Virus record (IMG/VR): IMGVR_UViG_3300047283_000054
Origin: a virus
Taxonomy: Duplodnaviria > Caudoviricetes
DNA length: 64,000 nucleotides
Direction: 5' to 3' (one strand)
Under the pieces are notes generated by a model. That model was given only the letters and a program-made list of their open reading frames with translations, was not told where the DNA came from and did no database searches. Made by a program: the position numbers and the translations under genes. Numbering within the stretch: position 1 is the stretch's first letter; the number at the start of each line of letters is the position of its first letter. Positions 1 through 7,945 of this stretch are shown here, one piece after another.

Positions 1-731
1 CCAAATACGTTTTTGTAAACGTGCTTGATAAATGTTTCATTGCTAACACCACCGGCGTCAGTTTTGTATGTATCAGTAGCAAGCAAGGCTGTTGCTAATT
101 CTTTGTTAGTCCAACCGGCGTCAGCAAGATGTATACCGATGCCTTTGTATGCATTAGTTACATCGGCTGTACCTAATGCGGCTGCTAGTAATGCATAAAC
201 ATCACCTGCACGACCTGTGGCATCAAATGCGATACCTTTGTTGTCAAACACAACACGCTCATGGTCTGCTAATGTAAATGTAACATTAGTTGCGACTGTG
301 CTTACTGCTGTGATTTTGTCTGCGGCTTTGGTAATTGTGAAGTCTGTGCTTGCGCCATTTAGTGTGTATGTGTCAATGCCGGTTGTACCGGTTACATCAA
401 CAGCAACATCAACAGTGCCATCACCTACACGACCTGTACCAACAGCACCAAACGTAGCAATCTTACCTGCGGTACCAACTGTTGCAACAGTTAGTATCAG
501 GTTGTTTGTAACGTTCACACCGCCAAGTGCAGAACCAAGAATAGTGATTGTATCACCGGCAACATAGCCAGAACCAGCACTTGCGGCTAGACTGTCTAAA
601 CTTGCTGTGTAAACACCGTTAGTTTTTACTACGTCAAAAACTGCATCAATTCCTGCACCACCTGTCAAACCTGTAACGTTTTGATATGTAGCATTAATTG
701 GCTTGTCTTTAATTGTAATTGTTGTTGTCAT
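1..731 (-). CDS. DUF4214-like / S-layer-like protein (3' end runs off the window)
   Basis: Absent from the ORF track; translated by hand. ATG at 731 with AAGGA upstream, open to position 1. Reads MTTTITIKDKP...GSGYVAGDTITILGSALGG...DHERVVFDNKGIAFDATGRAGDVYALLAAALG...SNETFIKHVYKNVF. The ERxxFxDxxxAFD...SNxxFVxxxYxNV pattern resembles DUF4214 surface proteins. Confidence 0.7.
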   Translation of the reverse strand, partial: MTTTITIKDKPINATYQNVTGLTGGAGIDAVFDVVKTNGVYTASLDSLAASAGSGYVAGDTITILGSALGGVNVTNNLILTVATVGTAGKIATFGAVGTGRVGDGTVDVAVDVTGTTGIDTYTLNGASTDFTITKAADKITAVSTVATNVTFTLADHERVVFDNKGIAFDATGRAGDVYALLAAALGTADVTNAYKGIGIHLADAGWTNKELATALLATDTYKTDAGGVSNETFIKHVYKNVF

Positions 732-762
732 AAATTTCCTTTATATATAAAATAACTCAATA

Positions 763-792
763 AGTATATAGTGTTTCTACTAGTACTGTCAA
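763..792 (-). promoter_or_regulatory. sigma70-type promoter for the DUF4214-like gene
   Basis: Minus strand TTGACA (792-787), 18-nt spacer, TATACT (768-763); about 30 nt upstream of the ATG at 731. Confidence 0.65.
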
Positions 793-811
793 GGTTAATC
801 CTGGATAAGGA

Positions 812-827
812 TGTGATCCGGATCACA
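812..827. promoter_or_regulatory. CRP/FNR-family type operator (TGTGA-N6-TCACA)
   Basis: Perfect palindrome TGTGATCCGGATCACA, centred about 27 bp upstream of the -35 hexamer. Confidence 0.6.
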
Positions 828-847
828 ACCTTGGATGGAAATATGGT

Positions 848-869
848 AAAAAAGAGCCTTTTGGCTCTT
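848..869 (-). terminator. Rho-independent terminator downstream of pstS
   Basis: Minus strand AAGAGCC-AAAA-GGCTCTT followed by a T run. Confidence 0.75.
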
Positions 870-914
870 AGTGCTGGTTACGAGACTCCGGCCACACTCT
901 ATCTTGTGTGCGAT

Positions 915-1922
915 TTACTTAATCTGTGTCCAAACACGTTCACGTATCTGTTTTGTTAGTGCATCGGGTAATGGTACATAATCTAAATCTACTGCATCTT
1001 TCTTGCCATTCTTAAATGCCCAGTCAAAGAACTTTAATACTTCATCGCTGTTGGCTTTATTATTAGAATTCTTGTACATGATAATAAAACTTGCCGAACT
1101 AACTGGCCATGCATCAGGATTCTTTTGATCCACAATGCTCAATCCCATACCTGGAACACTAAACCAATCAGCACCATCTGCGGCTGCGGCAAATGTTACA
1201 TCATCTGGACTAACATACTTGCCACTTTTGTTTTGTAGTTGTAAGAATATCATTTTGTTCTTTTTAACATAAGCATACTCTACATAACCGATACTACCTT
1301 TGATGCGGTTGACGTTGGCGGCAACACCTTCGTTGCCTTTGCCGCCCACTGAATTTACTGCTGGCCATTTAACTGCGGCACCACGACCTACTTTGCTCAA
1401 CCACTCAGGACTTACTGTAGCGAGATAGTCTGTCCAGTTGAATGTTGTACCACTGCCATCAGCACGGTGAACAACGGTAATTTCTACGTCAGGTAGTTTC
1501 TTGCCTGGATTCAGTGCTACTAACTTAGGATCATTCCACTTAGCAATAGTACCCATGAATACTTCAGCCATAACTGGTCCAGTAATCCTTAGTTCACCTG
1601 GTTTGAATCCGTCTAAGTTTACTACAGGAACTGTTCCGCCAATGATAGCAGGGAATTGTACCTGTTTATTCTTATCTAAGTTTTCACCAGTTACTGGAGC
1701 ATCTGTTGCTCCAAAGTCTACTGTCTTTGCATTGATTTGTCTGATACCACCCGATGAACCAATTGACTGATAGTTCATGCCAGTGCCAGTAGCTTTTTTA
1801 TATCCTTCTGCCCATTTGGCATAGATTGGGAACGGAAATGTAGCCCCTGCACCTGTAATGTCTGCTCCAACTGCAACTGTTGATATTAACAATGCACCTA
1901 ATAATGCTGTTATTTTTTTCAT
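915..1922 (-). CDS. pstS: Phosphate ABC transporter substrate-binding protein PstS
   Basis: Signal peptide MKKITALLGALLISTVAVGA, then ITGAGATFP, NYQSIGSSGG, VDFGATDAP, HRADGSGTT and GSIGYVEYAY. The true start is the ATG at 1922 with an AAGGAG Shine-Dalgarno; the track start at 2018 is an over-extension. Confidence 0.95.
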   Translation of the reverse strand: MKKITALLGALLISTVAVGADITGAGATFPFPIYAKWAEGYKKATGTGMNYQSIGSSGGIRQINAKTVDFGATDAPVTGENLDKNKQVQFPAIIGGTVPVVNLDGFKPGELRITGPVMAEVFMGTIAKWNDPKLVALNPGKKLPDVEITVVHRADGSGTTFNWTDYLATVSPEWLSKVGRGAAVKWPAVNSVGGKGNEGVAANVNRIKGSIGYVEYAYVKKNKMIFLQLQNKSGKYVSPDDVTFAAAADGADWFSVPGMGLSIVDQKNPDAWPVSSASFIIMYKNSNNKANSDEVLKFFDWAFKNGKKDAVDLDYVPLPDALTKQIRERVWTQIK

Positions 1923-1973
1923 GTAATAGTCTCCTTGTGTGTTAGTATTACACAAATATTTAATCAGAAAACT

Positions 1974-1991
1974 GTGACAGTAATGTGACAA
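1974..1991 (-). promoter_or_regulatory. Pho box (PhoB binding site)
   Basis: Minus strand TTGTCAC-ATTA-CTGTCAC, an 11-bp-period direct repeat matching the CTGTCAY-N4-CTGTCAY consensus, about 52 nt upstream of the pstS start. Confidence 0.85.
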
Positions 1992-2003
1992 TCGTGTGAA
2001 ACC

Positions 2004-2033
2004 AAAAGAAAAGGGCAACTAGTTGCCCTTTCT
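2004..2033 (-). terminator. Rho-independent terminator downstream of the tmRNA
   Basis: Palindrome AAGGGCAACTAGTTGCCCTT (2011-2030), followed on the minus strand by TTCTTTT. Confidence 0.75.
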
Positions 2034-2373
2034 GTTATTTTCTGTTACGAGGTATAACTACCCTAAGCGGCGTAATCTCACGCGGCTAAGGCAAAATGTT
2101 CGTCATTTGCATTTACGGTTTTTGCTTCTTCGGCCGGGAAACTCCCAACCCTAACGGCTTCTACCTTGCCGGACTGTCCATTTCGTTACTCTTGACCCAA
2201 TCGATCCTGTGTCAGGCCCATCATAAAAACACAATACCAAAGTAAATTTATCTAGAATACCAAAGTAAATTTATCTAGAATACCAAAGTAAATTTATATG
2301 TTCTTATGGTGGACCTGGCGGGCACTGCCCCCGCGTCTTGAATCCTTTTTACTCTACTTCATACAGTCTTAAC
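2033..2373 (-). ncRNA. ssrA: Circularly permuted (two-piece) tmRNA
   Basis: The acceptor piece comes first (…GCGGG-GGCAGTG-CCCGC-CAGGTCC-ACCA, ending 2307). An intervening segment spans 2306-2220, then the coding piece starts GGGCCTG (2219). The acceptor stem has G3:U70 and discriminator A. The tag frame 2110-2078 encodes ANDEHFALAA*. A 3' pseudoknot contains AACAGAA. Outer ends are approximate. Confidence 0.93.
2233..2297. repeat. Tandem repeat, 23 bp x 2.8, in the tmRNA intervening segment
   Basis: AATACCAAAGTAAATTTATCTAG at 2233-2255 and 2256-2278, plus a 19-nt partial copy at 2279-2297; no spacers. Confidence 0.95.
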
Positions 2374-5300
2374 TCATAAGTATTTAGTATTAAAATACTT
2401 TTGCAACCAAGGCCAATCATAACTTAAACGTAATTTGTCTAACTCACCATTGACTTGTTCAAAGTATTCTACAGCATCTAATGCACCATTGATACTATAT
2501 TGGGCAAACGGGCCTTCACCTTTAGTCAACCAAGCATCTAGTCTATATTTGCTATCGTCACTAGTACTTGCACGTAGTTTGATTGCTTCTCTAAACGCAG
2601 TACGCCAAGTACTCCATTCGTCTGTATTAAACATTGCTACACCACTATTCATATCAACAACTTCGTGTTCGTTGTCTAATGTGAAGTCTAATCCAGTACC
2701 TTGATTACCTAACACAATCTTCTTATTGTAAGCAATCATAGCTTGGTGGCCGTATACTAATCCATTAACAGGGTTAGTAGCGTGGAAGATGTAATGCTTA
2801 GGTACTTGAAGTCTATCAGGTTGCCAAGAGAAGTCAAATTTATCATTAACACGCAACTTAGCAAATACAGTGAACATCCAAGGTGTGGTACTTGCTTCAG
2901 CTGCCGCATGATAAGCCTGCACACGACCATTGACTCCATCAACTCTAACGACTCTATTATTTAATCCCTTAGTCACTTTTAGCAAGTGTTCATAGTTCTC
3001 GTCAGATCCAGTTTCACCATTACTTAGGAAGACTATATCTAACGGTTTAGATTTAGTTAGAGATTTAGCACGTGAGATGTATGGGTAATCATATAACTCA
3101 TTCTCTACATAATCTTTAGCTTCTTTGGGAACAATTATTCGTGTTGCACCCGTACTTGTAATCAAAATGTTCTTAGTATCAGGTGTCCACAAACTAATAG
3201 GTTCAATATCTTGTATATCTAATCCTTTGTTATCTTCCGTGACAAACGTAGCATAAGGCCAATCAAAATCAGTATGAATATTAGTGACATGGGTATCTTC
3301 TTTCGTAATAATTATAGGTGCGGGTAATCGTTTTACTCTTTGATGTTGATTGTAGTTAACCTTTTCATAGTCTTCCATCATAATCATATCATCAATCAAT
3401 GATTTGAATTTGTTTACATCAATTAAAAATGTGTCTCCAAATTTCTGTTTATCACTAGGGAACACATGTAATTGCTCTCTAGCATATGGATCACATATAT
3501 AGCTGAAGTCAAAATTTTCATAATCACATATACTTGAACAGATCCAAAGATAATGTTCTTTTCTAGTGTCTAATTTTTTTAATATCTCTTTGAATGTTTT
3601 TAGGTAGCTATGCTTATAGTCAACTGTAGTTATAGATTTATTATCAATCTTAGATTTGATAACTTCATTTACATTTGACTTGTTTCCATGATTGATTAAT
3701 ATCACATCATACAATGAACCTTCTGCTTTGGCTCTCTTATCTTTAACAAAGTTAAGCATACTTAAATGTTCAATGATTTTGACATATTTGGTATCTTCAT
3801 TGAATGAGTTCTTGTTCACCAAGTATGTATTACCCCAATGAGTCCATTGACTACCGAACACATGAATCATTCGTTTTTGCCAAGGATTAGGGTTATAGTC
3901 AAAGCTAAACTCAGTATAATCTAATTCACTAGACAATACCCAAAACAGTTCAGTTGTACTTTTAGATGTGCAACGTGATATTGTTTCTACCCATGAATTC
4001 AAATATCTAGTTTTCTGAATAGCAGGAAATTGTAATTTTAGTTTTTCAAATCTATACCTGCTTTCACTATTGCCCTTATCAACAAAGAACATATCACGGT
4101 GTATTATCTTTTGAATAACTTCGTCAGTAGTTTCAACTACAATGTTTTCTCTTGCGGATTCATCATAGTCTAATGTAATTGTTGTTTTAAAGTCAGGTAC
4201 AATGTAAACAGGACCATCAGTACCCCACTCATATCGTGCAGGATCTTTGTTAGGATTAGGTCTCCAAGAGAAGTCAAATGCTTTCAAGTCTAATTCATTA
4301 CGAACCAACCAGTTAGTCATATTCACTTTAGGAGTAGCAATGATAGAGTCTAAGAATTTGTACTCAGTCGCACCCTCAACACGATACATCACAGTGGGTT
4401 CTGTTTCAGCATCATTCCATTTATTACCAAATACATAGATGAAAGGTGGCTCTAATGGATCAGGTCTCCAGCTAAAATCAAACTTAGAAATAGACAACAA
4501 TATTTCCCACTGAGGATCCTTCTCAGTAGATTTTACCATAGCGACAGCATCCTCTATGTATTTGTATTCAGTTGCCCCGGGTACAGTATAAGATACAGTG
4601 GGTTCCATGAAGCAATTGTTCCATTGATTACCCCATACGTATATGTATGGTGGACTGTCAGGGTGTGGTCTCCAACTAAAGTCAAAGTTATCTACTGGGA
4701 TAAGTGTCTCCCAGTTTTCAGTAGTAGGTGCAACATTAGCAGTTACATCATTAATATATTTCTTTTGTGTTGCCCCAGGCACAGTATAGATAACAGTCGG
4801 CTCAGTAACAGCATCAAACCATTGATTACCAAACACGTAGATGAACGGTTCTTCTGTGGTATCTGGATGCCAACTATAGTCAAAATCTTTTACAGGAATT
4901 AATGTTTCCCAATTATCTTTGTTTGATAATGCTTTTGCCTTTGTTACATCAACATATTGTATATCGCTATCTTCTGTGCATCCGACTGCATAGAACTTAG
5001 GACCGCCTGTTCGTTGCCATTGCGTTCCAAATTGATATATCAAAGGTGCGTGGTCTATATCAGGATGCCAACTAAAATCAAAATCAGTTGTATCAATACC
5101 TTCAGGTATTGTCCAATGCATCTTATCTTGTTTGGCTGTTGCTATCTGTGCATCAATATATTTTATTTCGGTTGCACCAGGTACAACATATCTAGGGCCT
5201 CCGGTGCGTGTCCATTGGTCAGGAAATTGATAGATGAATGGTTCTTCCGTCGAATCAGGATGCCAACTAAAATCAAATTTAGATTGGTCTATATTTTTAG

Positions 5301-6441
5301 GTACTTGCCAATTTTCAAATTCTGTACAAACAACTTCTGCTTTTAATGTATCAATATATTTTATATCTGTTGCTCCGAGAACTACATATCTTGGTCCACC
5401 TGTTTTTTGCCATTGTGTACCAAATTGATATATGAACGGTGGGTCATGCGGATTAGGTTCCCAACTAAAGTCAAATTTATTCTGAAACATATTAGTAGGT
5501 ATATCCCAGTTATCCATGCATGGATTACGTTTGACACGTTCTTCCATGTACTTGTATTCAGTGGCACCTTCTACGTTGCGTATAACACTAATCTTATCTT
5601 CAGGTTTGTTCCATTGATTACCCCAAGCATAGATATATGGTGGCGCAGTTGGATCAGGTACCCATGTCATATCAAATGATGACGGGTCTATATCTTCTAA
5701 TGCTTCAAAGTCAGCCGGTCTAGCTGCCAATTTAGGTACAATATTTTCAATGAACTTACGTTCAGTTGCACCTTCTACGTGATACTCTATCGTTGGCATC
5801 ACACTTGCTGGATACTGATTATTGCCAAATACATAAATGTATGGTGGCGCAGTTGGATCAGGTCTCCAAGTGTAGTCAAAATCTGCCGGCTCATATATAA
5901 TATTGAACAAGCGAGGCATTGATAATAATGTAGCCAATGTATCTGTTATATATTTTTTATCAGTAGCTCCCGGTACATGGTATTCAACTGTTGGCATGAT
6001 AGTACCGGGATACCACTTGTTACCCCAGACATAGATATAGGGGGGATCACTTGGGTCTGGGTGCCACTTAAAATCAAATTTATCTTTTTCAATATATTCA
6101 ATTATTTTCCAGTTACTTGTTACTTCATCTTTAAGAGCTATAGGATCAACATCAGCACGATATATTGTTACAGCATCTATATTGGTCGAGCATAACCAAG
6201 TACCACTGTCTTTTTGATAGGGGCTAGGCCATACGTTGTTGTGTTCTTCTGCCCATACATCTTCATCGGGAAGAAAGTCAAAGTCCCAATCCCAATCAAA
6301 ATCTTTATAATTACATTGTTCGTTGATTACCCAAAAATGTTCTGTTGTGCATTGGCGTTTTGCATCAGATAAATCTGTTGCAAATCTTTCTCTAGGGTGA
6401 ACGTTAGGTTTTTCTCCGAAATAAAATACATCTCTTAGCAT
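2374..6441 (-). CDS. 1355-aa repeat protein with C-terminal glycosyltransferase-like (GT-A-like) modules
   Basis: About 10 repeats of ~66 aa (FDFSWxPDxxxPPYIYxFGNQW...PGATExKYI). The C-terminal module (DIVFLSNGE...RVDGVNGRVQAYHAAAEASTT...NPVNGLVYG...WRTAFREAIKL) aligns by eye with the 30357-31310 protein. Confidence 0.7.
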   Translation of the reverse strand: MLRDVFYFGEKPNVHPRERFATDLSDAKRQCTTEHFWVINEQCNYKDFDWDWDFDFLPDEDVWAEEHNNVWPSPYQKDSGTWLCSTNIDAVTIYRADVDPIALKDEVTSNWKIIEYIEKDKFDFKWHPDPSDPPYIYVWGNKWYPGTIMPTVEYHVPGATDKKYITDTLATLLSMPRLFNIIYEPADFDYTWRPDPTAPPYIYVFGNNQYPASVMPTIEYHVEGATERKFIENIVPKLAARPADFEALEDIDPSSFDMTWVPDPTAPPYIYAWGNQWNKPEDKISVIRNVEGATEYKYMEERVKRNPCMDNWDIPTNMFQNKFDFSWEPNPHDPPFIYQFGTQWQKTGGPRYVVLGATDIKYIDTLKAEVVCTEFENWQVPKNIDQSKFDFSWHPDSTEEPFIYQFPDQWTRTGGPRYVVPGATEIKYIDAQIATAKQDKMHWTIPEGIDTTDFDFSWHPDIDHAPLIYQFGTQWQRTGGPKFYAVGCTEDSDIQYVDVTKAKALSNKDNWETLIPVKDFDYSWHPDTTEEPFIYVFGNQWFDAVTEPTVIYTVPGATQKKYINDVTANVAPTTENWETLIPVDNFDFSWRPHPDSPPYIYVWGNQWNNCFMEPTVSYTVPGATEYKYIEDAVAMVKSTEKDPQWEILLSISKFDFSWRPDPLEPPFIYVFGNKWNDAETEPTVMYRVEGATEYKFLDSIIATPKVNMTNWLVRNELDLKAFDFSWRPNPNKDPARYEWGTDGPVYIVPDFKTTITLDYDESARENIVVETTDEVIQKIIHRDMFFVDKGNSESRYRFEKLKLQFPAIQKTRYLNSWVETISRCTSKSTTELFWVLSSELDYTEFSFDYNPNPWQKRMIHVFGSQWTHWGNTYLVNKNSFNEDTKYVKIIEHLSMLNFVKDKRAKAEGSLYDVILINHGNKSNVNEVIKSKIDNKSITTVDYKHSYLKTFKEILKKLDTRKEHYLWICSSICDYENFDFSYICDPYAREQLHVFPSDKQKFGDTFLIDVNKFKSLIDDMIMMEDYEKVNYNQHQRVKRLPAPIIITKEDTHVTNIHTDFDWPYATFVTEDNKGLDIQDIEPISLWTPDTKNILITSTGATRIIVPKEAKDYVENELYDYPYISRAKSLTKSKPLDIVFLSNGETGSDENYEHLLKVTKGLNNRVVRVDGVNGRVQAYHAAAEASTTPWMFTVFAKLRVNDKFDFSWQPDRLQVPKHYIFHATNPVNGLVYGHQAMIAYNKKIVLGNQGTGLDFTLDNEHEVVDMNSGVAMFNTDEWSTWRTAFREAIKLRASTSDDSKYRLDAWLTKGEGPFAQYSINGALDAVEYFEQVNGELDKLRLSYDWPWLQKYFNTKYL
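2381..2387 (-). promoter_or_regulatory. Putative phage late promoter (CTAAATA) upstream of the tmRNA
   Basis: Same core as the motif found before structural genes; lies just 5' of the acceptor piece. Confidence 0.5.
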
Positions 6442-6451
6442 AGATACTTAC

Positions 6452-7945
6452 TTATGATATAACTTTTACATTATACATTAATTCAAAGCGATCCGCATCT
6501 TTTCGGTCATTTACCATAGGCTCACCTCTAACATTTAATGAGGTATTCAACAACATCGGGCAACCGGTTAACACATACCATTTCTCTAATAGTTCTCGTA
6601 TTCCGGAGCCATCGTTTGGAACTGTCTGTACACGACTAGTCCCGTCAGCGTGAACGATAGCAGGAAATAACTGAGTATGCCTACAGCGAGCGATGACTTG
6701 CATATACCTACTATTATCGAAGCCACGAGGCATATCAAAATACATATCAGCATACTCCTCCAAAATGACTGGTGCAAAGGGTCTAAACTTCTGTCTGCGT
6801 TTAATTTCATTTACTTTGTCCTTGATTTCATTTCCTCTTGGGTCTGCAAGTAAGCTTCTATTTCCCAAGGCCCTTGGCCCAAACTCTGCTCGTCCGTTAG
6901 CGACTCCCACAATTTTGTCAGTAAGTAAACAATCAATAATACGATTAGCAGGATAAACCCCACTAATGTCATGGCCAAGAAAAGCATTAGTCCAGTTAAC
7001 ACGTTTACCATAACCGAGACAGGCCGCTCCAAGACTAGAACCAGCATCGCCAGGATTAGGCATAATCCAAATGTTGTCATAAAATTCTCCTAACAATCTA
7101 TTTGCTGAACAGTTTAATGCTACACCACCACCATATACTAAGTTCTTACTACCACCTAGCATTCTTGCTTTTGATATCACTGATTTAATTAATATTTCTA
7201 CTACATTTTGTGTTGAACTAGCAACATCCATTTCATTTTTATCAACTAAAAATTTATCAGGGGTTCCTATGTGTAAATTTTCTGCAAAACGAATATCCTC
7301 TATGTCTGTAATTAATCCTGACATTACATCTGTGTGCTTAGGATTACCGTAAGCAGCCATACCCATAAGAATATATTCTTCATCCAATGGTCGTAAGCCT
7401 ACATGCTGTGTCATTGCTGAATAAAATAATCCAATACTGTGTGGATACTTTTGTCCCCATAACTTTTTGTACTTTGCTAAACCATTTTTATCATACCAAG
7501 CATTGTAAATGCTAATAGTATCAAACTCTCCGATAGCGTCAATGACAACTACAGTAGCATCATTGTAGGGGCTTGTTTGGAAGCCTGCAGCCGCATGACT
7601 TAAATGATGATTATGTGTATGAACTTTGCCCCCACGTCCATCTTGTAGTTTATGTAATAACCCCGTACCTATAATATCTTTAACAAACAAATTAGATAGT
7701 GAGGGTTTTTCGCCTGAACGAACTTGTCGTAGAAACTTCATCCAAGGTCGTTCATAGTAGTGAATTTCTATGTCACGTGAATTAGTGTATGACAATATAT
7801 CTTCAACTATACCCATACATAGATGTTTGTCATGTTTATCTTTAGAGTATCGTTCACTATGTCCGGCAAACAGTATGTTACCATTATTATCTATAACACT
7901 TAGTGCGGCATCGTGAAATCCTGAGGATATGCCTATATAGTTCAT
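6452..7945 (-). CDS. Carbamoyltransferase, NodU/CmcH/TobZ family
   Basis: GISSGFHDAA, ERYSKDKHD, HHLSHAA, VIDAIGE, GGVALNCSAN, GDAGSSLGAA, EFGPRALGNRSLLADP, FRPFAP, LNTSLN. Start MNYIGIS at 7945 overlaps the upstream TGA (ATGA). Confidence 0.93.
   Translation of the reverse strand: MNYIGISSGFHDAALSVIDNNGNILFAGHSERYSKDKHDKHLCMGIVEDILSYTNSRDIEIHYYERPWMKFLRQVRSGEKPSLSNLFVKDIIGTGLLHKLQDGRGGKVHTHNHHLSHAAAGFQTSPYNDATVVVIDAIGEFDTISIYNAWYDKNGLAKYKKLWGQKYPHSIGLFYSAMTQHVGLRPLDEEYILMGMAAYGNPKHTDVMSGLITDIEDIRFAENLHIGTPDKFLVDKNEMDVASSTQNVVEILIKSVISKARMLGGSKNLVYGGGVALNCSANRLLGEFYDNIWIMPNPGDAGSSLGAACLGYGKRVNWTNAFLGHDISGVYPANRIIDCLLTDKIVGVANGRAEFGPRALGNRSLLADPRGNEIKDKVNEIKRRQKFRPFAPVILEEYADMYFDMPRGFDNSRYMQVIARCRHTQLFPAIVHADGTSRVQTVPNDGSGIRELLEKWYVLTGCPMLLNTSLNVRGEPMVNDRKDADRFELMYNVKVIS

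Noticed and set aside
1923-2018. N-terminal extension of PstS in the ORF track
   Set aside because: It overlaps the Pho box and terminator; the Shine-Dalgarno and signal peptide support the ATG at 1922.
2233-2297. Possible mini CRISPR array
   Set aside because: The repeats are directly adjacent with no spacers, and there are no cas genes; it is a tandem repeat within the tmRNA precursor.
2307-2340. Possible tRNA-Ala or tRNA fragment/att site
   Set aside because: No D or anticodon arm upstream; it pairs with GGGCCTG at 2219, which is followed by a tag frame, so it is the tmRNA acceptor piece.
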